Assembly (NCBI GenBank): GCA_026387575.1
Contig: JAPLLK010000092.1
Span: 1-60,652, forward strand
Source: Nitrospirota bacterium
Lineage (GTDB): Bacteria > Nitrospirota > Thermodesulfovibrionia > Thermodesulfovibrionales > UBA1546
Direction: 5' to 3'
Length of the DNA stretch: 60,652 nucleotides
Both the position numbers and the translations under genes were made by a program. Below are positions 17,984 to 29,763 of the stretch, in pieces. The stretch's first letter is position 1. Each line of letters starts with the position of its first letter. The notes beneath the pieces were generated by a model. The model made no database searches, was not told the DNA's origin, and saw only the letters and a program-made list of their open reading frames with translations.

Positions 17984-19096
17984 TTGGGCTCTATAAAGGT
18001 CATAGAGGTCAAAACCGATAAGCGCCTTGATGCATTTATAAAATTTCCATTTTCTTTATATTCTGAAAATCCTTTTTATGTCCCGCCTCTGACAAAGGAA
18101 CTCAAGGAACAATTTTCAGATAAAAATCCTTTCTTCAATCACGCAAAGGTCAAATATTTCATCGCTGAGAAAGACGGGAAATGTGCCGGCAGGATAATCT
18201 CAATAGTGAACCAGAGACATGTCCGGTTTCATAACGAAAAGGCAGGATTCTTCGGCTTTTTTGAATGCGTCAATGACGCCGGAGTTTCATCAGCGCTGCT
18301 GGATAAGACAGCAGAAGAACTTAAAAGAGAAGGCATGGAGATAATCAGGGGGCCGATGAATTTTTCAACCAACGAAGAATGCGGATTTCTCATCAAGAAT
18401 TTTGAGGAACATCCGATGCTGATGACCCCGTACAACATGCCCTACTATTCCGATTTAATGGAAAGCTATGGCATGGGTAAGGCAAAAGACCTTTATGCAT
18501 ACATCTATGATGTAAAAGATATTCTTCCTGAAAAAGTTCTCAGGGTTGCTGCAATAGCAGAGAAACGCGGCATCACTGTGCGGCCCGTGGACAAGAAAAG
18601 ATTTTCAGACGAGATGAAGACATTCAAAGAGATTTACAATTCATCATGGGAAAATAACTGGGGTTTTATACCGTTTACAGACGATGAGATTGACTGCCTC
18701 GGCAACAGGCTCAGACAGATAGTTGTTCCGGAACTTACACTGATTGCGGAAGACAACGGCAATCCGGTCGGTTTTCTGGGCCTCCTTCCCGATTTTAACC
18801 GTGTCCTGAAGCATATGAACGGCAAACTCAACCCTATAACAATAATTAAGGCTTTGTATTACTCAAAAAAGATAAGAGACCTCAGGCTGCTGCTGCTTGG
18901 AATAAAAAAAGATTGCAGGAATAAAGGCGTGGATGCAATCCTCTTCAGAGAGGGATTCAAAGGCATAAAAAAAGGCAGCTATAAAAGGGTTGAGTTTTCA
19001 TGGATACTTGAGGATAATATTCCTGTGCAAAGGATTGTGGAAATGGTAGGCGGAAAGCTATACAAGCAATACCGCATATATGAAAAAAAATTATAG
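17984..19096 (+). CDS. GNAT-like acyltransferase-fold protein (possible N-acyltransferase of the adjacent lipid cluster)
   Basis: 370 aa with a TTG start. The ...FFGFFECVND...IIRGPMNFSTNEECGFL...YNMPYY... family pattern is usually annotated as GNAT N-acetyltransferase. Function is inferred only from context. Confidence 0.55.
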   Translation: MGSIKVIEVKTDKRLDAFIKFPFSLYSENPFYVPPLTKELKEQFSDKNPFFNHAKVKYFIAEKDGKCAGRIISIVNQRHVRFHNEKAGFFGFFECVNDAGVSSALLDKTAEELKREGMEIIRGPMNFSTNEECGFLIKNFEEHPMLMTPYNMPYYSDLMESYGMGKAKDLYAYIYDVKDILPEKVLRVAAIAEKRGITVRPVDKKRFSDEMKTFKEIYNSSWENNWGFIPFTDDEIDCLGNRLRQIVVPELTLIAEDNGNPVGFLGLLPDFNRVLKHMNGKLNPITIIKALYYSKKIRDLRLLLLGIKKDCRNKGVDAILFREGFKGIKKGSYKRVEFSWILEDNIPVQRIVEMVGGKLYKQYRIYEKKL

Positions 19097-19115
19097 TCTA
19101 AAGTGAATTACTTTC

Positions 19116-19144
19116 TTGACAAATAGGAAAACCATATGATAATT
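19116..19144 (+). promoter_or_regulatory. candidate sigma70-type promoter for gcvH-lpdA
   Basis: TTGACA (19116-19121), 16-17-nt spacer, GATAAT/ATAATT (19138-19144). The RBS GAGGAGGAG lies just upstream of ATG 19183. Confidence 0.45.
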
Positions 19145-19182
19145 AATTCAGCAGCAGTCAAAAACTGAAAGAGGAGGAGAAA

Positions 19183-19569
19183 ATGTATCCGGAAGATCTT
19201 AAATACCACAAAGAACACACATGGGTCAGAGTATCAGGGAAAAAAGCAACCATCGGCATAACAGACTATGCGCAGGATGCTCTGGGAGATATTGTATATA
19301 TCGACCTGCCAGAAACTGATACTACTATTGAAGCAAACAGCGAACTCGCAGAAATTGAGTCTACAAAGGCAACCTCATCTGTCATCAGCCCTGTAAGCGG
19401 TGCTGTCACTGAAGTTAATGACGACCTGTCAGAATCTCCAGAGGTAATCAATGAGGAGCCATACGGAAAAGGCTGGATAGCCATCATTGAGATTGATAAT
19501 GCTTCAGAAGTTGACGACCTCATGGACGCGGCTGACTATGCAAAATACGTTGAAGAGGAAGCAAAATGA
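19183..19569 (+). CDS. gcvH: glycine cleavage system H protein (lipoyl carrier)
   Basis: 128 aa with the lipoyl-lysine motif EIESTKATSSVISPVSG. Confidence 0.9.
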   Translation: MYPEDLKYHKEHTWVRVSGKKATIGITDYAQDALGDIVYIDLPETDTTIEANSELAEIESTKATSSVISPVSGAVTEVNDDLSESPEVINEEPYGKGWIAIIEIDNASEVDDLMDAADYAKYVEEEAK

Positions 19570-20954
19570 GAGTTGCTATACTTGGCGCAGGGCCTGGCGG
19601 ATATGTAGCAGCGCTCAAGGCTGCACAACTGGGAGCACAGGTTACCGTCATAGAAGACATAGAGGTGGGAGGAACATGCCTTAACAGAGGATGCATCCCT
19701 ACAAAAGCGCTTGTCGCATCAGCAGAGGCATATTCCAAAGCAAAAGACCTGAAAGAATTCGGCATAGAACTCAGGGGTGAACTTATCCCCAATCTCCAGA
19801 AAATCAACGAGAGAAAAAACAAGATAGTAAGCGTTCAGGTAAAAGGCATCAGAGGGTTATTTAAAAGCTGGGGAGTAACTTTAAAAGAGGGCAGAGGCGC
19901 CCTGCTTTCACCGAAAGAGATTGAAGTAAGAGGCAAGGACGGCTCAACTGAAAAGATTGAGGCTGAAAAAATAATAATAGCAACAGGCTCAAGGCCTGCA
20001 CAGATACCTTCTTTCGTTTTTGACGGGAAAAACATACTCTCAAGCGATGACGCGCTTAATCTCACAGAGATGCCAAAATCCATGCTTATCATAGGCGCAG
20101 GGGTTATAGGCTGCGAATTTGCCTGCATCTATAAAGAACTCGGAGCTGATGTGACAATGGTGGAGATGATGCCGCGCGCAGTTGTCACCGAAGATATGGA
20201 AATATCCGGACTTCTGGAAAAGGAACTGAAAAAGAAAAAGATAAAACTTCATACGAACGTTAAGGTAGAAAAGGTTGAGGTAAAGGAAGACGGTGTTCAC
20301 GCCTTTCTGTCAGACGGCAAGGAGATTATTGCTGAAAAAGTTCTCGTATCAATAGGAAGGGCCCTTAACAGCGATGGCATCGGCGTTGAAAACACCGGAA
20401 TTCAAAAGGGCAAAAGAGGAGAGATAACAGTAAATGAAAAAATGGAGACAAACATTCCTGACATTTATGCTATAGGTGATGTCACAGGAACGTGGCTTCT
20501 TGCGCATACCGCATCAACGCAGGGAATCATTGCAGCAAAAAATATAATGGGGCATAGCGAGAATATCGATTACAGCAGTGTGCCGGCAGCCATATTCACA
20601 TCTCCTGAGATTGCATCAGTAGGATTGAGAGAGCACCAGGCAGAAGAAAAAGGCATCAATATAAGAACAGGCCATTTCCAGTTCAGAGGCCTCGGCAAGG
20701 CTCATGCAATGGGAGAGATAGCAGGTTTCGTAAAGGTAATTGCAGATGAAGCCACAGACAAACTTCTTGGGATGCACATCATAGGGCCGCATGCATCCGA
20801 CCTTATTCATGAGGGAGCAGTTGCAATAAAGTCCGGCTTAAAGGTCAGAGACATTGCAAATACAATACATGCACACCCTACATTATCAGAAGGAATCATG
20901 GAAGCCTCGGAAGACGTTCACAACGAGGCAATCCATGTACCGCCCAAGAAATAA
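19566..20954 (+). CDS. lpdA: dihydrolipoyl dehydrogenase
   Basis: 462 aa with GAGPGGY, the redox-active [13 protein letters not shown] and C-terminal HAHPTLSE. Confidence 0.9.
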   Translation: MRVAILGAGPGGYVAALKAAQLGAQVTVIEDIEVGGTCLNRGCIPTKALVASAEAYSKAKDLKEFGIELRGELIPNLQKINERKNKIVSVQVKGIRGLFKSWGVTLKEGRGALLSPKEIEVRGKDGSTEKIEAEKIIIATGSRPAQIPSFVFDGKNILSSDDALNLTEMPKSMLIIGAGVIGCEFACIYKELGADVTMVEMMPRAVVTEDMEISGLLEKELKKKKIKLHTNVKVEKVEVKEDGVHAFLSDGKEIIAEKVLVSIGRALNSDGIGVENTGIQKGKRGEITVNEKMETNIPDIYAIGDVTGTWLLAHTASTQGIIAAKNIMGHSENIDYSSVPAAIFTSPEIASVGLREHQAEEKGINIRTGHFQFRGLGKAHAMGEIAGFVKVIADEATDKLLGMHIIGPHASDLIHEGAVAIKSGLKVRDIANTIHAHPTLSEGIMEASEDVHNEAIHVPPKK

Positions 20955-21024
20955 ACGTGGCGAAAAAAAAGAATCAAAGGAAACAAGAGAAAACAATTAT
21001 TTAACTTTTATCTGGGAGGCATTT

Positions 21025-22302
21025 ATGGGACTAATTACAGATGTACATGCGCGTGAAATAATTGATTCAAGAGGAAATCCGACAGTTGAGGTTGAGGTGT
21101 TTCTCGGCAGCGGGGTATCCGGCAGTGCAGCAGTGCCGTCAGGCGCATCAACAGGCGCAAGAGAAGCGCTTGAGCTCAGAGACGGCGGCAAAAGATTCCA
21201 CGGCAAAGGCGTTACGAATGCTGTCAGAAATGTTCTCAAGGAAATTGCGCCTCAGCTTAGAGGTATAGATTCCTGCGACCAGACTTACATAGATAATCTG
21301 ATGATAGAGATTGACGGAACCAAAAACAAAAGCAGGCTTGGCGCAAATGCAACACTCGGGGTCTCGCTTGCCGTATGCAAGGCATCAGCGGAAGAGACAG
21401 GGATGCCGCTTTACAGATATATCGGTGGATGCAACGCAAAAGAACTTCCTGTTCCGATGATGAATATCCTTAACGGAGGCGCGCATGCTGACAACAATCT
21501 TGACATTCAGGAGTTCATGATAATGCCTGCCGGATTTAAGGATTTCGCTTCTGCGCTGAGGGCAGGCGTTGAGGTATTCCATAATCTTAAAAGTATTCTC
21601 AAGAAAAAAAGGCTGAACACCTCTGTCGGAGATGAAGGCGGATTCGCTCCTGACCTCAAAGGCAATGAAGAGGCAATCATGCTCGTAATGGACGCAATAA
21701 AAATGTCAGGCTATAAGCCCGGCAAAGATATATATATAGCGCTTGATGTGGCGGCATCAGAGTTCTATTCAGGCAAGGGATATAATTTTGAAGGCAGAAA
21801 TGTATCTTCAGACAGAATGGTTTCATACTATGAAAACCTCATAGGTAAATATCCGATACTTTCCATTGAGGATGGTTTATCGGAAAACGACTGGGCAGGA
21901 TGGAAAATCCTCACTAAGAAACTCGGCAAAAAAGTGCAGCTTGTAGGAGATGATGTGTTTGTCACAAATACGGAAATCCTTAAAAAAGGGATTAAGGATG
22001 GAATAGCCAATTCCATCCTAATCAAGCTTAACCAGATAGGCACACTGACCGAGACCCTTGACGCCATAGAAATGGCAAAGAGGGCCGGTTACACAGCTGT
22101 CGTCTCTCACAGGTCAGGCGAAACCGAGGATACCACAATAGCAGACCTCACAGTTGCATGCAACACAGGGTTTATCAAGACAGGCTCGCTTGCACGAAGC
22201 GAGAGAGTGGCAAAATACAACAGGCTGCTCAGGATTGAAGAAGAACTTGCTGATTCTGCTATATACAAAGGCATTGAAACATTCTATAATCTAAGAAAAT
22301 GA
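21025..22302 (+). CDS. eno: enolase
   Basis: [25 protein letters not shown]..., [10 protein letters not shown] moved the start to ATG 21025, preceded by GGGAGG. The track's 57-codon N-terminal extension overlaps lpdA and is not enolase-like. Confidence 0.95.
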   Translation: MGLITDVHAREIIDSRGNPTVEVEVFLGSGVSGSAAVPSGASTGAREALELRDGGKRFHGKGVTNAVRNVLKEIAPQLRGIDSCDQTYIDNLMIEIDGTKNKSRLGANATLGVSLAVCKASAEETGMPLYRYIGGCNAKELPVPMMNILNGGAHADNNLDIQEFMIMPAGFKDFASALRAGVEVFHNLKSILKKKRLNTSVGDEGGFAPDLKGNEEAIMLVMDAIKMSGYKPGKDIYIALDVAASEFYSGKGYNFEGRNVSSDRMVSYYENLIGKYPILSIEDGLSENDWAGWKILTKKLGKKVQLVGDDVFVTNTEILKKGIKDGIANSILIKLNQIGTLTETLDAIEMAKRAGYTAVVSHRSGETEDTTIADLTVACNTGFIKTGSLARSERVAKYNRLLRIEEELADSAIYKGIETFYNLRK

Positions 22303-22622
22303 GTTCGGATAACCTTTTAAGAAAACAGGTTGTATCTGAGATTAAAAAAAAGAAGCTTATCATATTTATCCTCATAATACTGAGTTTCATCTATCTTGCA
22401 ACAAATCTTCTTCTGGGAGATGCCGGACTGTTGAAATACAGAGAACTTTCGAACAAAAAGCTGAGCCTTAAAAAAGAAATAACGGAACTTGAAAAAGAAA
22501 ATACCCTCATTAAAACCCAGATAAAATCCCTGAAAGAAAACCCGTTCTATGCAGAAAAATACGCGCGGGAAGAGTTCGGCTTAGCAAGACCTGACGAATA
22601 CATATTTCAGTATGACAGGTAA
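22299..22622 (+). CDS. ftsB: septum formation initiator family protein (FtsB/DivIC-like)
   Basis: 107 aa with one TM helix, a coiled coil and a C-terminal [13 protein letters not shown] motif. Confidence 0.65.
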   Translation: MSSDNLLRKQVVSEIKKKKLIIFILIILSFIYLATNLLLGDAGLLKYRELSNKKLSLKKEITELEKENTLIKTQIKSLKENPFYAEKYAREEFGLARPDEYIFQYDR

Positions 22623-24786
22623 TCCGCTTTACATTGCCTTCCTATGGCACATGCATCAGCCTTATTACAAAGACCCTTTTACAGGGATATACAGGCTTCC
22701 TTGGGTGAGGCTTCACGGCACAAAAGATTATCTTGACATGGTTGAAATACTTGAGGATTTTCCGGAAATAAAACAGACATTTAACCTTGTGCCGTCTCTG
22801 CTTGAACAGCTAAGGGATTATACTGAGAACAATGCAACTGACATCTATCTCAACCTCACTATGAAAAATCCTCAGGACCTGACAGATGCCGACAAAATAT
22901 TCATGCTTGAGAACTTCTTCCTCGCAAACTGGGACAACATGATAAGGCCATTCCCGAGATATTACGAACTGCTTGTCAAAAGGGGGGTGCGCTTTTTAAA
23001 GACAGAATTAGCAAGGACAATAAAATATTTTACCGTACATGACTTTCTTGACCTTCAGGTGCTGTTTAACCTCAGCTGGATAGACCCAATGTACAGGCGG
23101 AAAGATCCTTTCCTGAGCGAACTCGTAAGAAAAGGCAAGGGATACACCGAGGATGAAAAAAAACTTCTGATAGAGAAACAGTTTGAAATCCTGAAACGAA
23201 TAATTCCAAAGTATAAAGAACTCAATGCGAAAGGACAGATAGAATTATCAGCTTCTCCTTTCTACCACCCTATCCTGCCGCTCTTATGGGATACGGATTT
23301 ATCAAAAATCGCCATGCCTCATGTCAGACTGCCGCAGAAAAGATTCTCAAACCCTGAAGATGCAATAAAGCAGATAAAAGATGCTGTAGGGTATTTTGAG
23401 AAAACATTCGGGTACAAACCAGCAGGCATGTGGCCGTCGGAAGGCTCTGTAAGCGAAGATGTAATAAGGGCTGTTCATTCTGAAGGTATAAAATGGGTTG
23501 CCACAGACGAAGGCATACTGGCAAATTCCCTTGATATAAGGCTGAGAGATTATTCAGGCAGCATAACAGATCCGTCACGCTTTTACAGGCCTTACAGTTT
23601 TTCTGATGTCTCGATAGTATTCAGGGATCATAAGCTATCAGACATGATAGGGTTTGTCTATTCTGAATGGGACCCTAAAAATGCCGCTGATGACCTTATA
23701 AACAGGCTGTTGAATATCCGTTCCTCGCTTCCTCACGACAGGCCATACATTGTTCCAATAATCTTAGACGGTGAAAACGCATGGGAACATTACAGGAATG
23801 ACGGGCAGGATTTTCTGCGCTACCTTTACGATCGGCTTTCAAATGAAAAGGGATTAAAGGCTGTAACAGTATCAGAATTTCTCAAACACGACTCCGGCGA
23901 GCAACTCGGCAAGCTTCATGCCGGTTCATGGATAAATGCAAATTACAGCATCTGGATAGGCCACGAGGAAGACAATATCGCATGGGATTATCTGAATGAT
24001 ACAAGAACTGACCTTGAAGCATTTACAAAACTTAATCATGACAAACCGGTTGATGAGGCATGGCAGGCTATATATGTTGCTGAGGGCAGCGACTGGAACT
24101 GGTGGTATGGAGATGAACATCAGACAGAGACTCAGGAAGAATTTGATGAACTTTTCAGATTAAACCTTATGAAGGTATACAAGGTAATTGGACAAGAGAC
24201 GCCGCCAAGTCTCTTTGTCCCTGTGCTCAGAGAAAATCGGGCAATCTCCCCTGAAGTAATAATAAGAGGATTCATAAACCCTAAAATAGACGGTATGGTT
24301 ACGAGCTATTATGAATGGTATCAGGGCGCACACATTGCAGTCGGAAAATCAGGCGGCAGTATGCATAAAGCAGAAAGCCTTGTATCATACATCTATTACG
24401 GTTTTAACCAGAGCACATTGTTCTTGAGGATAGACCCCAAGACATCATTTAATGACTTTCCGGCTGATACAACATTTTCCATAAATATTGCGAAGCCGTT
24501 TGCTTTCAGAGTCAATGTGGCATACAGAGATGGATTAGTACAACCCGAACTTTTTGAAAAGAAAAATGGAGAATGGGAAAAGATAAAAAACATAACCGAA
24601 GCGGCAATGCAGGACATACTGGAAATAGCCATACCATTCAAAGACATAAAAGCCAAAGCGGAGGATGAACTCAACCTCTTTATCACTGTTTACAGGGGCG
24701 ATGAAGAGATTGAGCGCTGTCCATGGAGGGGGAATATAAGCGTGACAGTCCCTACGCCTGATTTTGAGGCGATTATGTGGTATTAA
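22612..24786 (+). CDS. glycoside hydrolase family 57 alpha-glucan enzyme (amylase / branching / glucanotransferase type)
   Basis: 724 aa with the N-terminal FLWHMHQPYY GH57 signature and GSVSE / ILDGENAWE-type blocks. Confidence 0.85.
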   Translation: MTGNPLYIAFLWHMHQPYYKDPFTGIYRLPWVRLHGTKDYLDMVEILEDFPEIKQTFNLVPSLLEQLRDYTENNATDIYLNLTMKNPQDLTDADKIFMLENFFLANWDNMIRPFPRYYELLVKRGVRFLKTELARTIKYFTVHDFLDLQVLFNLSWIDPMYRRKDPFLSELVRKGKGYTEDEKKLLIEKQFEILKRIIPKYKELNAKGQIELSASPFYHPILPLLWDTDLSKIAMPHVRLPQKRFSNPEDAIKQIKDAVGYFEKTFGYKPAGMWPSEGSVSEDVIRAVHSEGIKWVATDEGILANSLDIRLRDYSGSITDPSRFYRPYSFSDVSIVFRDHKLSDMIGFVYSEWDPKNAADDLINRLLNIRSSLPHDRPYIVPIILDGENAWEHYRNDGQDFLRYLYDRLSNEKGLKAVTVSEFLKHDSGEQLGKLHAGSWINANYSIWIGHEEDNIAWDYLNDTRTDLEAFTKLNHDKPVDEAWQAIYVAEGSDWNWWYGDEHQTETQEEFDELFRLNLMKVYKVIGQETPPSLFVPVLRENRAISPEVIIRGFINPKIDGMVTSYYEWYQGAHIAVGKSGGSMHKAESLVSYIYYGFNQSTLFLRIDPKTSFNDFPADTTFSINIAKPFAFRVNVAYRDGLVQPELFEKKNGEWEKIKNITEAAMQDILEIAIPFKDIKAKAEDELNLFITVYRGDEEIERCPWRGNISVTVPTPDFEAIMWY

Positions 24787-24947
24787 AAAATATGAATAGG
24801 GAATGCGATATAAAATTTGTTGTTAAGGCATTTTTCTTTTTTCTTGCTATTGGCATACTTGGACTTGTGTTGCTTTTTGCCTTTAGCACCTCCTATTAAT
24901 CATTCTTTTCTCATATATTTTTATTCCTTCTTACGTCAAACTTTTTA

Positions 24948-24976
24948 TTGACCGTATCGCATAATACATATAAAAT
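24948..24976 (+). promoter_or_regulatory. candidate sigma70-type promoter for the restriction-modification gene
   Basis: TTGACC (24948-24953), 17-nt spacer, TAAAAT (24971-24976). This argues against the track's TTG start at 24948. Confidence 0.35.
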
Positions 24977-25001
24977 AATTCCATATGTTTTTAAACGACA
25001 A

Positions 25002-28000
25002 ATGCATCTTATGCTAAAAGCATATTTCAAGAGAATATTTGAAGTCGCAAAAAGAGGAGACGCAAGGGAGGAAAGTTATTATTCCTCGCTCGAAGAACTC
25101 CTTAAAAACTACGCTGAGTCTATCAATAAAAAACAAGTTCACATTACCACTCTGCCTAAAAAGACTGATGCGGGAAATCCTGACTTCAGGATATGGGATG
25201 GAAAGCAGCAGATTATCGGCTACATCGAAGCCAAAGCGCCGGCCACTGAGTATTTAGACCAGATTGAAACATCAGGCCAGTTAAAACGGTATTTACATAT
25301 CTTCCCGAATTTATTATTAACCAATTTCTTTGAATTCAGGCTTTACCGTAACGGCATTTTAATTGATAAAGTTCTTACAGGCAGGCCATACGTTATTCAC
25401 AAACTCAAAACTGTACCTCCTGTTGAAAAAGAAACTGAATTTCTTAAGCTCTTAGAAAAATTCTTTTCATTCTCTTTGCCAAAAGTCTATGACGCCAAAA
25501 ACCTTGCCGTTGAGCTTGCAAAGCGAACGCGGTTCTTGAAGGACGAAGTAATCGCTCAGGAACTGGAAGAAGAGGAGAAAAGGGGCAAGGGGAATATTCT
25601 CGGCTTTTACGAGGCATTTCAGAGATTTCTTATACACGGACTAACTAAGGAAGACTTTGCAGACCTTTATTCGCAGACCATCACATACGGATTATTCGCT
25701 GCCAGAACAAGAACAGAAAACGGCTTCAACAGAAAACTTGCTTATGACAAAATTCCAAAGACAATCGGCATTTTAAGGGATGTCTTCAGATTTATTTCGC
25801 TTGGCGACCTTCCTAAACCGATGGAGTGGATTATTGACGATATCTCGGATGTTCTGGCTACGACCAATGTTTATAAGCTGCTTGACGAATATTTTAATAA
25901 GCATAAAGGCAAAGACCCTGTCGTCCATTTCTATGAAACCTTTCTTGCTGAATATGACCCGAAAATGCGAGAGAAAAGGGGCGTATATTACACACCTGAG
26001 CCTGTTGTTTCTTATATTGTCCGCTCTTTACATCATATCCTCAAAGAATATTTTGATAAGAAGGATGGTTTTGCGAGCCAGTCCGTAACAGTCCTTGACC
26101 CTGCGGCAGGAACTCTCACCTTTTTAGCAGAAGCCGCAAAACTTGCAGCCGAGGAATTCACATCAAAATACGGCGAGGGTAAAAAAGCAGGTTTTATCAA
26201 AGAACACATTCTCAAAAACTTCTATGCCTTTGAACTAATGATGGCGCCTTATGCAGTCGGCCATCTGAAAATGTCGTTCCTGTTGGAAGAACTCGGCTAT
26301 AAACTTCAGTCAGACGACAGATTTAAACTTTACCTCACTAATACTTTGGAAATGGAAGAGCTTGCACAGACAGAACTTCCGGGCATGATTTCTCTTTCAG
26401 AAGAATCGCATCTTGCAGGTAAGGTTAAAAAAGAGCAGCCTATTCTCGTCGTCCTCGGCAATCCGCCGTATTCCGTTAGTTCTGCCAATAAATCAGAGTT
26501 CATAGAAAAGGAAATGGACATATATAAAGAAAATGTGCGTGACGAAAAAAATATTCAGCCGTTGTCTGATGATTACATAAAGTTCATTCGGTTTGCACAT
26601 TGGAAGATAGACGGTGCAGGCAAGGGAGTTATTGGAATGATTACAAATAACTCCTATCTTTCAGGTTTAATTCATCGCGGGATGAGGAAGAGTCTTCTTG
26701 AAAGTTTTAATGAGATTTATATCCTCAATCTTCATGGAAACAGTCGCATCGGTGAAAAATGCCCGGATGGAAGTAAAGACGAAAATGTCTTTGACATCCA
26801 GCAGGGCGTATCAATCGCAATATTCGTCAAGGATAAAAAACAAAAAGGATTGGGGAAAGTTTTTTATCGTGATGTTTATGGCATTCAAGAGAAAAAATAT
26901 GCATACCTTAAGAAATACGACACTGGTTCTACAAAATGGACGACACTGCAACCATCCGAGCCGTATTATTTCTTTGTGGAAAAAGATTTTTCGGAGCAGG
27001 CAAGACACGATAAATTTATGCCCATTCAAGATATATTCGTCCATTCTTCAAGTGGTGTTAAAACACATCGTGACCATTTTGTAGTTGGTTTTACGAAAGA
27101 AGAGATAAAGCAGAGGATGAGGACATTTACAAGTAACTGGCCTGATGAATTAGTAAGGCAGTCATTGGATTTGAAGGATACCCATGATTTCAAATTAAAA
27201 GAAACTAGAGCTAAACTGAAAAAAGAGGAGTGGGAAGAATCAATCCTGCCATTTTCATATCGCCCCTTTGATGATAGATTCATCTGCTATAGACCAGAAC
27301 TGATTGATAGAGACCGTTCAGAAATAATGTCTCACATGCTGCAAGAAAATCTTGGACTTATGACTTCAAGGCAAGTTTTAACTGATTTTCATCACGCATT
27401 TGTTCTGAACACAGTGGCTAATTATAACTTTATTGATCTTGCCGGAAAGTTTGGGACAGGATACATCTTTCCGCTCTATCTCTACAAAGCAAAAACAAAC
27501 CCTAAGAAAAAATCTTTAGGCAGCGTCATGATGCTCTTTGAGCCTGAGGCGGAATATGGTATAAAGAAGCCGAACCTTTCTCCTGAATTAATTGAAAAGC
27601 TGACAAGAGAGTTCAAAAAAATGCCCTCACCCGAAGAAATCTTCTATTACATCTATGCAGTGCTATATTCAAATATCTACAGAACAAAATATGCCGAGTT
27701 CCTAAAAATAGATTTTCCGAGAGTGCCTTTCACAAAAGATTATAAGCTCTTCAAAAAGATGGGCGGTTATGGCGAAAAGCTTGTTGAACTGCATCTTCTG
27801 AAATCCTCAGAACTTGACGCGCCCGTTGCCAAATTTCAGGGCAAAGGAAATGATAAAGTTGAAAAACCGAGATATGAAAAAGGGAAACTTTATATAAACA
27901 ATGGACAGTATTTTGAAGGCATTCCTCAAGAGGTCTGGGAATATCAGATTGGCGGTTATCAGGTCTGCGACAAGTGGCTTAAGGACAGAAAAGGCAGAGC

Positions 28001-28127
28001 GTTATCGCTTGAAGATATTACGCATTACTGCAAAGTTGTTACTGCTCTAAAAAAGACAATAGAGGTTCAGTCAAAAATTGACAGCGCATACCCTGACATT
28101 GAGAAGGAAATAATTGAATTCTCATGA
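25002..28127 (+). CDS. single-polypeptide Type IIG/IIL restriction-modification enzyme (PD-(D/E)xK nuclease + gamma-class N6-adenine methyltransferase + specificity region)
   Basis: N-terminal NPDFRIWDG...IGYIEAK is a D...ExK nuclease motif. A central SAM-binding [11 protein letters not shown] and the catalytic LGNPPY motif follow, then a long C-terminal target-recognition region. The start is ATG 25002 or 25011. Confidence 0.75.
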   Translation: MHLMLKAYFKRIFEVAKRGDAREESYYSSLEELLKNYAESINKKQVHITTLPKKTDAGNPDFRIWDGKQQIIGYIEAKAPATEYLDQIETSGQLKRYLHIFPNLLLTNFFEFRLYRNGILIDKVLTGRPYVIHKLKTVPPVEKETEFLKLLEKFFSFSLPKVYDAKNLAVELAKRTRFLKDEVIAQELEEEEKRGKGNILGFYEAFQRFLIHGLTKEDFADLYSQTITYGLFAARTRTENGFNRKLAYDKIPKTIGILRDVFRFISLGDLPKPMEWIIDDISDVLATTNVYKLLDEYFNKHKGKDPVVHFYETFLAEYDPKMREKRGVYYTPEPVVSYIVRSLHHILKEYFDKKDGFASQSVTVLDPAAGTLTFLAEAAKLAAEEFTSKYGEGKKAGFIKEHILKNFYAFELMMAPYAVGHLKMSFLLEELGYKLQSDDRFKLYLTNTLEMEELAQTELPGMISLSEESHLAGKVKKEQPILVVLGNPPYSVSSANKSEFIEKEMDIYKENVRDEKNIQPLSDDYIKFIRFAHWKIDGAGKGVIGMITNNSYLSGLIHRGMRKSLLESFNEIYILNLHGNSRIGEKCPDGSKDENVFDIQQGVSIAIFVKDKKQKGLGKVFYRDVYGIQEKKYAYLKKYDTGSTKWTTLQPSEPYYFFVEKDFSEQARHDKFMPIQDIFVHSSSGVKTHRDHFVVGFTKEEIKQRMRTFTSNWPDELVRQSLDLKDTHDFKLKETRAKLKKEEWEESILPFSYRPFDDRFICYRPELIDRDRSEIMSHMLQENLGLMTSRQVLTDFHHAFVLNTVANYNFIDLAGKFGTGYIFPLYLYKAKTNPKKKSLGSVMMLFEPEAEYGIKKPNLSPELIEKLTREFKKMPSPEEIFYYIYAVLYSNIYRTKYAEFLKIDFPRVPFTKDYKLFKKMGGYGEKLVELHLLKSSELDAPVAKFQGKGNDKVEKPRYEKGKLYINNGQYFEGIPQEVWEYQIGGYQVCDKWLKDRKGRALSLEDITHYCKVVTALKKTIEVQSKIDSAYPDIEKEIIEFS

Positions 28128-28573
28128 AGGCATTAATACAGAGAGTGTCAAAGGCAAGTGTTGAGATTGATGGCAGAACCATCAGCGCAATAGAGAGAGG
28201 AATCCTTATCTTCCTTGGCATTGAAAAAGGCGATACAACAAGAGAACTTGAATACCTTGTTAAAAAGATATCACCTCTCAGGATTTTTGAAGATTCCAAA
28301 GGAAAGATGAACCTCTCCGTTCAGGACATAAACGGAGAGGCACTTATTGTATCTCAATTCACGCTTGCAGCAGACTGCAGAAAGGGCAGCCGCCCCTCGT
28401 TTGATAATGCCGAAGAGCCGGCAAGGGCAAAGGAGATGTATCTGAGATTCATTGAAGAACTAAAAAGAACCGGCATAAAAACAGCATCAGGCGATTTCGC
28501 GGCTTATATGCAGGTGCATATCACCAATGACGGGCCGGTAACTATAATGTTAGAGACAAGAAAGACTGAATGA
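28124..28573 (+). CDS. dtd: D-aminoacyl-tRNA deacylase
   Basis: 149 aa with MKALIQRV..., SQFTL and NDGPVT motifs. Its ATG overlaps the RM gene stop (ATGA). Confidence 0.9.
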   Translation: MKALIQRVSKASVEIDGRTISAIERGILIFLGIEKGDTTRELEYLVKKISPLRIFEDSKGKMNLSVQDINGEALIVSQFTLAADCRKGSRPSFDNAEEPARAKEMYLRFIEELKRTGIKTASGDFAAYMQVHITNDGPVTIMLETRKTE

Positions 28574-29763
28574 AATACATCATCATCGGCAATGGCGTTG
28601 CAGGGACAACTGCTGCAGCTAACATAAGAAAGATTGACCATGAAGGAGAGATAACCATACTCTCTGACGAGGCTTATCCTTTTTACAGCCGCATAAGGCT
28701 TATGGAATACATAAGCGGAGATGCGGATGAAAGCGGTCTTGTCATCTATAAAGACGCATGGTATGAAAAGAACAACATAAAGCTGCTTCTTAACACACCT
28801 GTCTCTGAAATAGATAAAAACAAGAAAGAAGTTATCACATCTTCAGAGCATATACTGAAATATGACAGGCTTCTTATTGCAACAGGAGGTCTTTCATTCG
28901 TCCCTCAAATCCCGGGCTCTGACAAAAAAGGGGGGTTTACGCTAAGAACACTTAATGATGCCATTGAAATCAAAAAATATTCCGAACAATCAAAGAGAGT
29001 CGTTATTATAGGAGGAGGAGTCCTCGGTCTTGAGGTTGGAAACAGCCTGAGGGAAACAGGGCATTCAGTATTTGTGGTTGAGTTCTTTCCAAGACTGCTT
29101 CCAAGGCAGATGGATAAGGAAGGCGCTGAGATCCTTAAAACACAGATGGAAAAGATGGGATTTACATTTTTCCTTGGCGCAAAGACACGGGAGATAACAG
29201 GTGATGAAAAGGGTAAGAGCGTCATTCTCGATGACGGAACAATTATTGACTGCGATATGGTTATAATATCTGCCGGCGTCAAACCCAATGCAGAACTCGC
29301 TGATAAACTCGGAATCAAATGCAATAAAGGGATTCCTGTAAATGACCGGCTTGAAACAGAGATTAATGACATATACGCTGCCGGCGACATCGCAGAACAC
29401 AGATGGATATGCTACGGGATATGGCCTGCTGCAGAGGAACAGGGCAAGATTGCAGGAATCAATATGGCAGGAGGCAGCGCAATCTATACAGGCACACTGC
29501 CTTCAAACATTCTGAAGATAGCGGGAATAAATCTCATTTCAGCCGGAGATATAGACCCTGACAAAAACCTTGAATCAATCGTGCAAAAAGACAGCGAAAG
29601 TTTTATATACAAAAAACTCGTTATAAAAGACAATAGTATTGCAGGCTGCATACTTTATGGTAATATTGACAACTGGAAAAAGGTTAAAAAGGCAATGGAC
29701 GAAAAGAAAGATATAAGCCGTATAAAAACAGACCTTGAAAAGTGGGATATGGAGGCATTGTAG
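28570..29763 (+). CDS. FAD-dependent pyridine nucleotide-disulfide oxidoreductase (rubredoxin reductase / NirB N-terminal-like)
   Basis: 397 aa with [12 protein letters not shown] and [11 protein letters not shown] dinucleotide motifs and AAGDIAE. Confidence 0.8.
   Translation: MKYIIIGNGVAGTTAAANIRKIDHEGEITILSDEAYPFYSRIRLMEYISGDADESGLVIYKDAWYEKNNIKLLLNTPVSEIDKNKKEVITSSEHILKYDRLLIATGGLSFVPQIPGSDKKGGFTLRTLNDAIEIKKYSEQSKRVVIIGGGVLGLEVGNSLRETGHSVFVVEFFPRLLPRQMDKEGAEILKTQMEKMGFTFFLGAKTREITGDEKGKSVILDDGTIIDCDMVIISAGVKPNAELADKLGIKCNKGIPVNDRLETEINDIYAAGDIAEHRWICYGIWPAAEEQGKIAGINMAGGSAIYTGTLPSNILKIAGINLISAGDIDPDKNLESIVQKDSESFIYKKLVIKDNSIAGCILYGNIDNWKKVKKAMDEKKDISRIKTDLEKWDMEAL

Noticed and set aside
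19097-19182. Glycine riboswitch upstream of gcvH
   Set aside because: The leader is only about 40-60 nt after the candidate promoter, and I could not find the conserved glycine-aptamer helices or core nucleotides.
20854-21024. 57-codon N-terminal extension of enolase in the ORF track
   Set aside because: The extension overlaps the lpdA 3' end, is Lys/Arg-rich junk, and precedes a good RBS (GGGAGG) plus an ATG that gives the canonical enolase N-terminus.
24791-24899. 35-codon hydrophobic ORF (MNRECDIKFVVKAFFFFLAIGILGLVLLFAFSTSY) between GH57 and the RM gene
   Set aside because: It has no RBS and is very short and AT-rich. There is nothing to distinguish it from chance.
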